From NCBI GenBank assembly GCA_016748015.1, contig JAAOMT010000057.1, positions 328,763 through 392,762 of the forward strand: a DNA stretch of 64,000 bases, read 5' to 3'. Position 1 is the stretch's first letter. Each line of letters begins with the position of its first letter. The notes below the pieces were generated by a model that was given only the letters and a program-made list of their open reading frames with translations, did not search any database and was not told the origin of the DNA. Position numbers and translations under genes: made by a program. Source of the stretch: Geosiphon pyriformis uo1. Its lineage: Eukaryota > Fungi > Glomeromycota. Below are positions 25,104 through 39,518 of this stretch, one piece after another.

Positions 25104-28100
25104 TTAGCGCTTGCTACGCTTTCCGTTGGGGGCACCGTTGGTGAATTCAGCTTGTCTCTTCTAATTATGTACGATTTTTACATTTGAGAAGAATCCATTT
25201 ATAGTAAGAATCTCAATACACCAGGGGTTGCCATCAAATTTGAGGTAGCCCAAATTCAAATTTTGAACTGGGGCTTTCAAAGATGCACCAGGGGTTAAAA
25301 TCAACTCGCATCACTTAGATAAGACGCCAAGATGAACGCTTTCACGTAACAGCCATTTTTTGCCTTAGCACGAAAACGGGCCAAGAAAAGAGGCAGAGCT
25401 ATCAGAATTTGATGTTTGGATTTCTGATTGGCTGCAAAATCACTTGGGTGGCCGTTAGTCCAAAACTTTCATGGCGATCCCGGTGATTTTGTCATTGAAT
25501 ATTGAAAACCCCTGGTGGCCGATACCGGTCGCGTTCCCTTATAATGCAAAATTATGGTATGAAAGAATTACCTTGGCGGCAGCTTTTTTCCGCTGTTCCT
25601 CTCTACGTTGTTCCTGTTCTTCTTCAATCTCGCTTTGTTCTTTTTGAATTAGGCTAATGAGGGTAGCACAGCGTCGTGCAAGTTCGGCTGATGTTCTGGA
25701 TTTGATGTACCAATTGAACCGAAACAAAGGTGATTGTTCGATTTCATGGCGTATCTTATCAAATACTTCTTCTGTGCCATAACCATGTTTGGCCAATGTG
25801 ACCACCATAAAGCGATCTTCTTCCTCAGTATAATTTTTTCCCTTTGTTTGGTTATAAGGAATTTCCAATTGGCTCAGTGGAGACCGGTATTTGGATATTT
25901 TTTCTTCAAGTAACTGTTGAATTTCCTGCGTTTGTTGTAGTTTGGCTTCCCCCCGTTCTATTTTTGCCTGAATTTCCTCGTGATCTTTTCGAAAGAATAA
26001 GGATAAGACCTTTTAATCACATTAGAAAAGAAAGAAATATGAAGTCAATGTAGCTTGAACTCACTAGGCAATTCTTGATACCGATTCCAGAAAACTTTGG
26101 CGTATTCTTGAACTTCTTTGAAACTTTTCCCTTCGATTTCTTCTGCTATATTATACATATCATTCCTGCGAAAATCAATAGAAAATTTAAGGGAAATTTT
26201 CGTTCGGAAAGTGCCAATAAAAGGAATTAATTTAATATACATACCGCCCATATTTTGCTGCGGCAGTTACAAAATTGTTAAAGTCACGTTTACTCCAATC
26301 ATGAAAAGCCTGAGGAAAAATAATTAGAAAAAACAGCAACACTCTACCATTTATGCGAGAAATTAGCTTAGAGAGGATATACTGACCTCCTTGTATAATT
26401 CATCTTTTTCATCCATTTCTTCCTCGGTGAGAGGTATCGCTATAGAAAGAGACAATAAGTAGAGGAAACAAAGAGTTTAAGATTTGAAAGTTAAGACTCA
26501 CCATTGTCAATTTTTCTTTGTTCTTCTTGTCTCTCTCTCTCTCGTTCTTGTTTCTCTGCTTCGCGCATTGCTGTATCATCTCCATTCTCTTGTTCAGGCG
26601 ATTCTCTTGTAGGGACTATGTAACCTGCAGATTTCTTCGTATTGTAAAAGAGAGTATGGGTTATGTGAATTTGCCATTGTTATACCATGACGCGTCTGCT
26701 CACTTGTTGGTAATACATCTCCCTCTTCAACAATTCAACCAATCGTTGAGGAAAGAATTGGTATTCAGCCCTAAGAAAAGATTAATAGATCATAATGACA
26801 TTAAACCTATTATTAAAAAAGATCACAGGCATGTATACCAACACATTGATTTGCTTTGCAACTCGTGGTACTCTTGGCGCAGTCGGTTTATTTCCGACTC
26901 GCAATGCTTCTTTGAAATAATTGTCGACCGTGTAATTTGCTTTACGTTCCCTCTTGGGAGGTTCTATCCAACTGAAGCCTGAGACTACTTCCTTTCGCTG
27001 TGAAATGGCATTTAGTTAAATTTAACTTTCCGGAAAATATTATAGCAATATATTTAGAGCACCTTGTGACTCCAATTCTCTCCTTGCCATTCATAGGCGG
27101 ATTCTGAGCTAAATTTCTGAAGATCTTCTAATCCAAGACCCTCATATCTACGGTTAAGCTCAACTGTTTTCTCCTCGCCTTTGAGCAGAATTTGATCTAT
27201 GTCATCTTTCGTAACAGTGCTATAAAAGATTAAAAAAGTTAGAGCTGCTTGAATTATACATGTTATATATGTAAAATGCAAAATTAAAAATTCTTACCTG
27301 TCACTCGAGGTAAAAATACTGTTTGCACCGTGTTGAATCATCGTTAATAGTTCTTCTTTACTTGTGGCTATTATTCAGATATATTGGAAATTTTGATATT
27401 AAATGAGACGATAATAGCAATTTATTCAATATACAAATATTGCTGCACCTTTTTGCGTTTGGCTAGCCCTTCCTTGTTGAATTACGAGCTGATCAAGGCG
27501 TAATTTTTGTGCAGCTCTTTCAAGAACTTTCTCTTCAATTGCATTCTGTCCGAATTATCAAGTAGACGAATGTGATAGATGTTTTTAGTTTCGATTTATT
27601 GATATGAAAACATCGATAGTCACCTACCTCAGTAACAAATCTGAAAACATAAACTTGTTTTGTCTGGCCAATACGATGTGCACGATCTTGAGCTTGGAGG
27701 TCAACTTGTGGATTCCTACGTTAGATATTTATTCAAATTTGCTTTTGAGCATGCCCTAAACGAGATCAAGAAACAAGGTACTTACCAATCACTGTCATAT
27801 AATATTACAATATCAGCTGCTGTTAGATTTATACCGAGACCCCCAGCCCGCGTCGTAAGAAGGAAAATGAATTTTTCGCTTTCTGGTCTATTATACTCAT
27901 CAATCGCTGATACACGATCTTCTTGTTTTGTCTGGCCATCGATGCGACAATAAGCTGCAGGGAAACATTTCAATATATCAAAATTTTTATATAGAGATGA
28001 TTTTAAACTTGATTTTTGCAATTTACGAACCAAAACCACGGAAAAGACAATAATCTTCCAATATATCAAGTACGCGACTCATTTGGCTGAAAAGCAGAAT

Positions 28101-30982
28101 TCGAGAGCCTTGAGCTTTCATTCGTTTCAAAAGTTTATCAAGGACAACCATTTTTCCTATAATCGACATTATTGAAGATGGAAAAGAGGGTTTTGACGAA
28201 AATGATCAAAAGCAAAAATTGAGCATACCAGCATTGTCAATGAGATGTTCATCTGTTGTATAAGGAGGACCAGGTTCCTGTTTGATATTTTTTCGAGGTA
28301 TAGCTTAAGCTTTTGAATTTCATATTCAAAAAATTGAAAGATTTTTCAAGTTACTTTAAATATCTACTCACCGCACCGTCAAACAAATAAGGATGATTAC
28401 AACATTTTCTAAGCTGCATTACAATATTCAACAACCGAGTCTTGGTCTCACCTTTACCCAGGGCACCTATTAAAAATATTCTTAGTCTACAGTGAATTTC
28501 TTCAAGCATACAATCACAATGAATCGACTTACCATTCACAGCGGCAATATCTTTTTCTAGTATCTTTTGATACCATTTTCGTTGCATTGTCGACATCCCG
28601 ACATATAAATTTATTTCCTTTTTTGGTGGTAATGACTTTTCAACGTCAGATTTTATTCGTCTAAGAAGGAAAGGTTGAAGAACCTGTTGGTGCGTAGGAT
28701 GATATAGTTTTATAACAAGGGAGAAATGTATCAACAATTTTTATTGCTAGAGATGGAAAAGGTAACATCGACGAAAGTATATTCAGAAAAGGCCTTGAAA
28801 AGGCCGAGAGGATATACAACATAATGCAATGATAAAAGTTGAGAAAAACTACCATACCTTATGTAGCTGTTGGATCACCCAGTCTTGATTGCCACCTTGT
28901 GCCTCAAACCATGAGTCGAAGTCGTCAGAAGAAGTGAATACATCCGGTAAAAGAAAATTCAATAAAGCCCAAAGTTCATGAAGGTTATTTTGTAACGGGG
29001 TTCCGGTGATAAGCAAGCGATTCCGTGATTGAAATAGTCTCACAATTTGCGAGAGCAAGGAATTTTCGTTCTTTATGCGATGTGCTTCATCAATGATAAT
29101 GTACTGAAAGGCAAACTTTTTGAGATGTGCTTTTTCTATGAGACACATCTCGTATGATGTAATGCAAACTTCAAAATTCTGAGGAAGCAGACAATCCTCT
29201 ATAATTTGTGCCTAATGAAATTAACAAAATAAATGAAAAAAGCTCATCAAAAGAAGATGTAGAAGACTGGAAAGCTGATCCCAAAGATAATCACCCTTTC
29301 TTGTTTGTTACCCTGTAGGAGTACAACATGAAAATCGGGAGTCCACATATTGAATTCCTTCTGCCAATTGTGAAGAGTCGATTTTGGTGCGACCACAAGA
29401 TGAGGTCCAAAGATATGAAGATAGTGTTTGAGGTATCCCAGAAAAGAAATGGTTTGTAAGGTTTTCCCTAAACCCTTTGAACAAATAAAAGTGTTGAAAG
29501 ATAACAGTTAGTAAATCGGGTCTTTTGATAAATAGACCCAGATAATAATGAGAAATTTACCATTTCATCAGCAAGGATCCCATTGATGCCGTTGTTAAAT
29601 AGAGAAATCATCCAATTCAGCCCTTGAAGCTGATAATCGCGCATTGTTCCATTATGAATGTCTAAACGATTAGAGAAATTATTTAAGATTCCTTAGAATA
29701 AAAGGAATGCCAAGCAATCAAAATATATGAAGGTACATTTTGGTGATTCGTTGAAAACTGTAGTGATATTGTTAGAATCATCTTCCTCATCTTTTAAGAG
29801 TTCCTGTAATATGAAAATATTTTTTATTAAAAAACTTCATGGTCATTCATTAGGAATATCCATATATATCCATATTATAGACCGAAATGATGTAAAAGAT
29901 ACCTCATCTTCTTGTTTTTCTGTTTTACGATGTCTACGTGAGCTTTTAAATTTTGTTTTGTATTTGATAAAATATTATCAAGTTAGTGTAACGATGAAGA
30001 TTTTTATCAATATTAGAGGCTAGAATTAAACTCTTACCCTAAAACTTGAGGATTCTGTTTACTCATTCTGTCCGTCTCTTCAATGAGCATCTTAAATTCT
30101 TCATCTTTCGATTTCTAGATGATAATAAGAAATATCATTAGAACAGCAGGTTGAATAAAAGTTAATAAAACAGAGATCAATAATGTAATAATCTTATTCA
30201 CTTTAAGATCAATAAAATGAGAAAAGAGCTCTAAGAAAATAAAGCAAAAAATTAATAAATGTCAAATATAATTATATCAATGGGCTTATTAAACTGACAG
30301 AAATACCTGAATGTCCCAGCAAAAATTGGAATCGTCGAGCAGTATCTTTGATCTTAAAATGAAATTTCCGAATATTGGTATTAATAAATGAAGAAAAGTT
30401 GACTATGAAGAAATAAGTTTATTAAATTACTTTATGATTTTTCAATTTGGTAATATCTTTAGCAAATGTTTTCCTTTGAGCTCTTGCACGAGCCCACTTC
30501 CGATGATTTTTGTTTATGGTGTCTTTTGTCAAAAGTTTGGGAATTTTTTGGTGCACCTTTGAAAATAATAGAGGGGTGAGAGAAAATAAAAGGGAAAGAA
30601 TGAGGAGCAATTCCAAAGTAGTTCAATACCTTTTGAGATATTTCCGCAGCTGTGCTCTTTGCTTGGGAATTATCACCTTAAATGAAAGGCGTTGGGGGTG
30701 AAGCAAAATCAAAAAGCCAGGCTTTGAGATGTTTGAAAAAACTTACTTGAATCAGTGATTTCACGCTCGTCCTTGTTCATGTCAACACCTTCATTACCAG
30801 AGTGTTCAAGTGAAGCCTAAATGCAAATAAAAATTCCTAAGCAGGTGAGTGGACATGAATTATATGAAGAAAAGAAGACGTTGAAGCAAGTTCTATACTT
30901 CGGTTTCTGAAACGGCAACATCATCTTCCGAGACATCTGAGTTGTCTGATCGTACAGGATCTGAAGGACCAAGATCAAGCAT
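25104..30982 (-). CDS. ISWI: ISWI/SNF2-family chromatin-remodelling ATPase (helicase plus HAND-SANT-SLIDE), more than 20 exons
   Basis: Motifs: [18 protein letters not shown]|[59 protein letters not shown], and the SLIDE segment [21 protein letters not shown]. Start (MLDLGP, 30982) and last exon (25160-25104, [18 protein letters not shown]-stop) were inferred from splice sites. Confidence 0.95.
25219..25517. mobile_element. Putative MITE remnant in the last ISWI intron
   Basis: CACCAGGGGTT at 25219 and 25286, with the inverted copy AACCCCTGGTG at 25507-25517. The intron (25161-25571) is ~4x longer than its neighbours. No TSD found. Confidence 0.5.
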
Positions 30983-33039
30983 GTTGAGGTGAAATTCCGT
31001 GTTTGGAGAAGAAGCTCGGGGAAAAACGCGTTTTCAAAGTAAGATATGATGGTAAAATGGTAAATTATCGTAAGAAATTTGTCCTTTCTCACAGTAATAA
31101 AGTGAAACAGCTAGGGTAGTTTTTCTAGCTTGAATTTTGGAAAATGCAAAATTCGTGAGGAATTATTGATTTATAAACAATAATCTTGTCTAACAAGTGG
31201 GTAATACTAAACTAAAGTACAGGCACAAAATTCGATGTGCACCGCGTGCTCAAACTCTGATTATTCATTAAAGCTCACGTATAATATCGCGGTATAAAAG
31301 CTCAAGTCAAAAATGAAGGAATTCGATTTTTCTTTGCATCAATCCATTCCCTTTTTTTTTGGGGACAAAAGTATCGTTTTAACTCACCAAGTGTATCTCT
31401 TTGACCAATAGCGTATTAGTGATCGGGGATATGTGCTATACAATATCTAAAGTGATTAAAATCGACCAAAAATAAGAATCAATTCAATTGGCATAGTTAT
31501 TTTACATATGAAGTCAATGATTATGACGTATAGAATTACTATTTTTTTTTTAATATGCTTTATTGAGTATTGAGTGTAGTCCAACCACTATCTACTAAAA
31601 TTACTAGTCATATACATAGCGCTTTTTATGTAGCTCACATCATTACACAAATTAGACCCATAAGATCCAATATCTTCCTAGAACTTGCTAAAAAAATTTT
31701 CTTTTATCATGCCAATAAATGGTTGCCATATTTATTTTATAAGCAATGTGTTCACCATTTTGTTCAATACAGAAGCTTGCACTATTAACTTTTTACTTTC
31801 ATTAATGCAAATCATAAATAAAAGCACAAACTAGGCTTTTTGCAACAATTTACCTTTTCTACTTTTTTAAGTATTAAAATATGTAATCAAAAAACGATTA
31901 ATATAATTAAATAAAATTATTATTTTGAAATTAATTAAAACCAATTTTTTAATGGTATTTTTTATAATAATATGATGAATTGTAACAATTCCAATCTTTT
32001 CATAAAATAATTAACAAATCTTGACATTAAAACCAGACTTTGGACTTGAATTTTCAAGAAAATTAAACTTTTTCAGCTTTACTATTATAAAGCCAAAAGC
32101 AGCACAGTTATTTAAACAACAGTTTAAACATATAATATTAATTAATTAAACATTTAAACTTTGATAAATTTATGTTTAAGACCAAATAAAATAGTGTTAA
32201 AATTTGTAAACCAAATAAACAAAGTCTTAATACTTATAATTATGTCTATAATTTAAAGTTTTTTATTAAATTTAATTTTTTTTAAGTATTTATTTTGATA
32301 AATACAATATTAAAAGCTTTTTAAATTTTAAAAATTACAATAACATATTTTTAACAACAATAAAAATCCAACATAAAATTATTTTATTAATTTAATATAT
32401 ATTATTATTTTATATTTAATATTAATTATTTGAATTATTTATAATAATATAATAAAAATTACATGTATTAATAATAGTTTTAATTTTAAATTTTTTTATT
32501 GCTTTAATTTTATGTATTTTTAATATTTAATATACTTTTTTAAACTTAATTAATATTTATTTTAAAATTGCTTTAAACTTTTTATTTAGTATTATATTTT
32601 AAATTTTTATAATCTATTTAATTAAACAGTTTTAAAATTTTAAATATCAATAATTTTAAAACTTAAAAGACAATTTGTTAACTTTATAATTAAACTTATT
32701 AAATTTAGTTTTAAAAAAATATTATTAATTTAATTTTTTAAACTTAAATAAAATAATTATTATAATACCTAATATAATATTATTAAATTTAATTTATATA
32801 TTAATATTTATATGTTTAATTATATTTTTAATAATTTGTTTTTAAGTAATATTGAATTAAAAATCAAACAAATTTTTTAAATTTAATAAAACAAAAAAAA
32901 AAAGTTCTTTCTCTCTTTCATCCAAAATTCCCAAAAAAGAGTCAAAAGTTTTTTTTAAAAGAAGTTTTTTACCATTCAGTACAATAAATCAAAACTGTTT
33001 TTTGATTACGAGACCACTGTTGGCTCTGTTATTGCTGTT

Positions 33040-34830
33040 ATGAAAGAGACTGCTAAAGTTTCTGGTTCTAAGAGTGGTTTTAAAGTGGTTGTATCAAGGA
33101 AAAAGAGGAAGGGAGGTGTGTTGGCAGAGGGTGTTGATAATAGAAAGGTTGCTGCTGAAGTTCCTGGTGTTTGTTCATGGAGTTCGGAGACTGGGGACAC
33201 TACTGAGTCTGAAAGTGTTGATATGGAAGAGGAGTGTCTGGTGGAGGAAACCAGCTTTGATTATGGTGAAGATGGAACTCTGGCTGGTGGAGATTATGAT
33301 CAGACACCCACAAGTTCGAAGGTTAAAACCAAAAAGGCGTTGGGCAAGCCATTGGGGAAAATTGATTTCTCAAAAGATGGTAGTGATAATGGTGTTCTCT
33401 CAGATGCTCCTCTTGAGCTCCCTCCTTCTGTGAGAAATTTGGTTAATGTTTCAGTCAGGAAATCATTCGCATTGGATATTGGTTTGGATAAAGTGGCCAG
33501 CAAATCTTCTCAGGAAAAACTTGTGGTGGTAAGGAAGCTGTTTTCTGGAATCAATGGTTTTGGGGGGGCATCTACCCCCTCAAAATTTTCAGGGATCATT
33601 AGGGCGATGTTCACTTCCGAATCGAGTCTAATGAAAGCTACTGATAAAGCTGCGAATGCAAAGATCTTAGTAAACGCCGATCTCAAAAATGCATCTGGGT
33701 GATCAGATTGAACTGTGGTCGTGAAAAAAATTCCAGTTAGAACATCAGCTGAGGCTGTGCGTGCTGCGCTATCTGAGTTTGGAGTTATTAGGGCGATCAA
33801 GATACAGTTAATCAGGCTGTGGCAGAAGGCAGTGGTGGAATTCAAACGATCGGATCAGGCTGATTTGGTCGCAGCTGAGTGGTCCATCTTAATCGGGAAA
33901 GATGCTATACGTGTGGCTAAGGCTGATTCAGACAAGGAGGCATGGGATGTAAGGGACCAACATAGGGCACTGCTCTATATGTTGCTGATGGGAACCAATA
34001 CTTATGATATCTGGGACTTTGTTAGATCTGTGGGTGGGAAAACGTGCATCATTGATCATCATTCTATTATGTATGCTCGAGCCAGGTGTGCTGTTGTTTG
34101 TTTCGACTCTGCTGAATCATTGGATACTGCTGTGGGAACCACGCCAGTACTCAAGAACACCAATTTCTGCTGGTCTTATCTTATTTCTGCTAGATGCGCC
34201 AAGTGTGAGAAATTGGGTCACACGTCATTGGGTTGTGCAGTTGGTGAGAAATTGTCTTCTAGTAGTTTACTGCGTAGGGTTTTTTCGGATACAGATAAAA
34301 GCAGGCTGGCAACCATCTATGCCAAACGCTCGGCTCCAGTTGCCCATCCAGTCTTTTTTGGTGGTCTCTCTTGGACAAAGGTTGCTCGCGGGTCTTTTTC
34401 GCTCCCCCTCTCTGGTCAGAATATTGTGATAACAAATGGCTCCTCTTCAGAGATGAAGCCATCCCAACTGGTTACAATAGAAGTCAACGATAAGTTCGCC
34501 GCTCTTGAGCGCAGTCTTGCCAGCCTCGCAGAGCAAGTTGGTAAGCTGGCTAAGAGGTTGGATGCACTCGGGCCAACGGTTTCTCAGCCTAGCCCTGGAT
34601 GTCAGCCATTGGTGACCCCTTCATCACAGGATCAAGAGGCAGATGTAGTGATGAGTGAGGGTTCGAGTGTGTCTACTAGTGGTGGGAATGTCGCAGGAGC
34701 GGTGTCTTTTGATATGTCTTCAGTGTCTAAGCTGGAAGACAGCATGAAGTGTCTAATGGAAACGGTTCTGGGCCTTTCGGCCAAAGTGGACAGTTTAGGT
34801 ATGCTTTCAGTATCTCTACCTCTTACTTAA
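33040..34830 (+). pseudogene. LINE B ORF1 (basic NLS-like patch, RRM-like, CCHC, coiled coil); one premature TGA at 33700
   Basis: SRKKRK patch; knuckle CAKCEKLGHTSLGC; heptads LERSLASLAEQVGKLAKRL. LINE D has CGA at the stop position. Confidence 0.93.
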
Positions 34831-37800
34831 TGAGCAGTTTAGTCTGGAAAGTTGCTACATGCAATGTTAGGGGCATGAACAATCCCGCTAAGCAAGAAGA
34901 CATTATTAGGTGGCATAAGAAAATGAACAATTTAGTTTCTATTGTTACTGAAACGAAATTAAAGAGTAGGGTTCGTCCGTGGATTGCAGACAAGTTTGAT
35001 GGTATCCAAGTGTTCTCTTCTGGTTTGGACTCTGGTCACTTGGGTGCGGGTGTTACTATTATCATGGATGTTTCTTTGGCTCGTCATGTGTGCAAGATTT
35101 CTGAGATGCCTGGTCGGCTCCTTTCCATTAAATTACTTTTTAAGAGTAAACTTTCTGTGTCGATTTTGGGGCTTTATGATGGTGCTTCTTTGGTGGTTCG
35201 GTTTTCTCAAGCTGGTGAAATCAATTCTCTCATTGCAAAGACTGTTAATAAATCTTCTTTCATCATTCTCAGTGGCGATTTTAATGAAGACGGCTCTCAT
35301 AAAAGTACAAGTTTCAAAAGATGCTTTGATTTGGGTCTGGTCAATTCTTTAGTTGGCAGCCCGACTGTAAAAATGCCCACTTGGAAAAATTCTAGGGGTG
35401 TTAAAAAAACAATTGATTACATGTTTGTCTCCTCAAGTCTTGTTAATGCGATAGTGCGTTGTGAAGTTTTAAATGTCAATGAGCATTTTGACATGGACCA
35501 TCAAGCTGTTTCAGTGGATTTGGGTCTGAGTGGGCTCTTGAATACGTGTTTGAATTCTCTTCACAAGCAAGTGAATAAAGATCATTGGAAGTTTGATGTC
35601 AAAAGTGCCAATAAAGCTAAGTGGTTGGAGTTCAAGGATGCCTCAGCTGCTAATGTCTCTATGTTCTTGAATGCTTTTGGTGTAACAGTAAAATTTTCAG
35701 ATGTGGACGCTATATGGGACATTGTTCGCAAGATTATGGTTCTTTCAGCAGGTAGTACATTTAAGAAAAAATGGTTCAAAGGTTTTGATGGCGTGTCCAC
35801 TAAGACTTCTTCTAAGTTTCACAAGCTGGAGCTGCTGGTTTCTAAGTTGGTCAAGGCTTCGCATTTGGCTTCTAGTGATGGTTTTGCTTCTTTGTTGGAG
35901 ATGTGGCACAGACTCGACTCTCCTGGTACATTGGTGGTTAAGTCTCTGTTTCTTTCAGGTTCTAATTTTGATCTTATTTGTTCTGTGCTGGCCAAAGCAA
36001 GAAAATCATACCGCTCCTTCAAATTAGTGGAATCCAAGCGCGCTGAGGAATCTTCGATCAAGCAAGCTATTGGTAAGAAGATGGAGAGTTTTGAGCTGAA
36101 CAAGGGTCACACCATTAGGAGTGTTTTGGAGCGTCCTTTTCACAAAGTGGTCCTGGATCATTTGGTTGTAGAAGATGAGTTGATTTTAGAGCCTGATTTG
36201 GTTAAGTCTAAGGTGGATGAAATTATGGAGGGATGGACCAGAAAACATGAGGTGGTGTCTGACTTATCTGAGGATTGGGCTCATCAATATCAGCCTCTGG
36301 ATTACGTATTCAATGGTGCTTTCTTTGATGTTATGTGTTCGATTAGTTTTGATGAGTTGTTAGCTGTTGTTAAGGATCTTTCTGATGGAAAAGTGGTTGG
36401 TCTTTCTGGTATCTCCAACGAATTATGGAAACATTGTGACAAATCTGTTTTGGATATGCTTTTGGTGCTCTTGAATTTCTGTTTAGTTGACGAGTTGGTC
36501 CCTGGGCCTTGGAGAGAAGCTTGGGTTTTGATGATTCCTAAACCATATGAATGGGAGGGAGTTCTCACAAACACCCATCCTATAGCTTTAATTGAAACGG
36601 CCTGCAAGATTCTCTCCAAGATCCTTTCAGATAGGATCTCTCTGGCTTGCAGCACTTTTGATGTTCTTCATGGGGACAATTTTTCGGTTTTGAAGGGTAT
36701 AATGACTCAATCTCCCATTTTTGCTATCAGTTCTGTGGTTGAGGATGCCTTGGAAAAAAACCGTGAACTTTGGCTGGTTTTACAGGACATGCGCAAGGCT
36801 TATGACTCGGTTGGTTGGGAACATCTTAGGAAGAGTCTAGTCAGAATCAAAATGTGTGACAGGTTTATTAGATTTTTTGGCAGTATTCACAATAGTTGCG
36901 TCAACAAAGTGATGACTGACTTTGGCTTAACTGATGGGTATTGTGTCCATGATGGACTGGATCAAGGAGAAGTTTTCTCGCCTCTTCTCTGGCGTATTTT
37001 TTATGATTCACTTTTGTGTGAGGTCAAGAGACAGGATAGTGTGTATGGCTACAGGTTGAATTCTCATTTCATATCAAGAACTGGCCGGGTGGATCCTCGA
37101 GCTGGGCTGTCTTCATTTTTTGCTGCCGGCACTTTTGTCGATGATACTATCTGGGTTGGTAGCAGCCAGGCTGCTACACAACGCATCCTTGATGTTGCTA
37201 GTGAGTTTTTTAGGTTTAACGATATTTCTGTAAACAATGACAAAACGGTGGCCATCCCCATCAATTGCCGGGTGCTGGATTCTTATTTGACTATCAGTGG
37301 TGCACCTATTTCCATTGCCAAGAGAAAGGAATCTCATCGCTATTTGGGTATTTTTTTGTTTTCTGAGGGTCTTTCGAAGCCCAGCTTGGCTAAGGCCCAG
37401 GCTGATGTACAGTTCTTTGCGAATCTTGTTTTAAGAAAGGCAATTTCGGACAAACAGTGTGCATATTTGGTGTCTGTAGTTCTTTTCCCTATTATCAGCT
37501 ACAGGACTCAGTTTAGTTTTGTTTCTGTTGGTGTTTGTAGTAAATGGGATGCTTTGGTTCGCAAGGTCTTAAAGTCCAAGTCTGGGTTGCCATGTGATTT
37601 TCCCAGTGACACACTTCATCACTCCTCTTTGTACAATTTAAAAACTTTTGAACAGATACAGGCTGAGAGTAAATCGGCCTCCATTGTTGCTTTTGCAAAT
37701 TCTACTGGTGTCTTGGGTCGCTTGTTTTCTCATAAGTCTTATGACCTCCAGGTTTTCAGCTGGCATCCTCGTCATCCTTTGCTATTTCCAGTTCGTGTTA

Positions 37801-39518
37801 GTATCAGTCCCTTGGATAATTTTTTGGTGGGTGTGGTTCACATTTTTTCTGGGTGTGATTTGTCTTTGGGAGGCCCTCTGGATTGTGCTTTTCGTTGTCA
37901 GTGTGGTACTCCTATGTCTTTGGTTCTTGGTGAATTCTGTTTTTTCAAGTGCATCTCTTCACTTAGGCATTATGGAATTGCTTTCATAGAACAGCTTCGT
38001 GACTGTAATGGTGATGTTTTCAGTTGGGGTACCTTCAAGTGCTGGAAGAGGCTAGACCCTCGTGGCCCAGTCTCTTTCTGGTTTGATCTTTCTGTTCGCT
38101 TTCTTGGTAGTGTTGTTCCTCTTTCCTCAAGTTCTTCTTTAGTAGATGGTCAAGCTGTGTCTGATATTCGTCTTTCTCATAATTTTGGTGTGATTTATGA
38201 CACTTTGCCAACCATTGATGCTGCCCGCCTTTCTGTGTATATGGATGAGTCTCTTTCTGGTCTGAGCACTGCTGACATGAGAGCAGGTGCTACCGTTTTT
38301 TTTGAGAACATTAACTTGGATTTGGGTGTTGGGGTGTTTGGTTTGGTTTCTTCTACTCTAACAAAACTGCAGGCCATAGCTTTGGCCCTTGAGTGTGTTC
38401 CTTTTTCTCATTTGATTGACTTGTTCTTGGATAGCCAGGCTGCTTTAGATGCATGTAGGTCAGAGTTTTTGCTGGTTTGTTCGGATTTCAGGAACCGCTG
38501 TTGGATCGAGCGTCGTCACATTGCCACTGTCATTCGTCAAAAGAATTTGGATGTGAATTGGGTTAAGGTGAAAGGTCATTCAGATGTCTCAGGCAACGAG
38601 CATGCTGATGCACTTGCCAAGGGTGCTGCTCGCTCTGCTTGGCGCCTATCTCATTTAGTCAGTGAACGTTTTCTATGTGCTGGTGGCACGGCGGTTTCTG
38701 GTAATTCTAGACACTTTGTTTGTGATGTTTTCTGGTTGTTTCACCAAGCTCGTTGGGAGATTGGAGTGGGTTCTCGTGTTATGGATAATAGTTTGCGTGC
38801 TGATATCAATTGGTCTATGTTTTCTATGGTGTGGCACCCCAATTCTCACTTGGCATCCAGTTTTACCAGCATGCACACGGCGGGATGTTGTACTTACTTT
38901 ATGAAGACTCTCTATCATCGGCTTCCTGTTGCTGTGCGCAAGTGTTTATATGATAGGAGTTACCCCAGTGTGGTTTGTCTGTTTTGTGGTGATGTTGAGA
39001 CCTCGGATCATGTCTTTTCATGTCCTCAGAATGCCGTTGGCCGTGCTCGTTTGTTGGGCGCACATGCTTTAACTTGGGAGGCTCTTTCTGGCCTTTCTCG
39101 CTCTTCTTCATGTGTCTTACAGGCCTTAGCTTCTTGTGTTTCTGAGGTTGGAGTTAGTGTTGCTCTGTGTAAGGGTTTTGTTTTTGATGAATGGTTTCAT
39201 GAGTCTATCTCGGTCTTTAAAGATTCTAGGGAGGGTGCTAAGAGGATTGTGAGCTTTGTGTGTGAGTTTTGTTTGGCATTTCGGAATGATGTTTAGTTGG
39301 TCTGGGCCAGACACCGAGCGTTTATGGAGAAGCATGGTTTGATTCCACGTGATGGCTCCACTTCTGCTTCGGTTTCTGGTTTGTCTAAGGTGTTTTCGGC
39401 TGGTATAGTCAGATTGCTGGGAGTGGCTGAGGCATTTGGTGTTGGTTTTGGGTTTCGTAAGTTTTGTCCATTTTTTTCAGGTATTGGAGATTCAATTTCT
39501 GTGCATATAAGTGTATAG
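34830..39518 (+). CDS. LINE B ORF2: APE-RT-RNase H-CCHC; open to a late TGG>TAG at 39294
   Basis: APE: TCNVRG, ETKL, GDFNE, IDY, DH. RT: QDMRKAYD, GLDQGEVFSP, FVDD. RNH: DSQ, VKGHSDVSGNEHADALA. Zinc finger: CLFCGDVETSDHVFSC. Confidence 0.95.

Noticed and set aside
34749-34829. N-terminal extension of ORF2 in the ORF track (also 52582)
   Set aside because: It uses a GTG start overlapping ORF1. The APE domain begins right after the ATG at 34830, and that start is conserved in the other copies.
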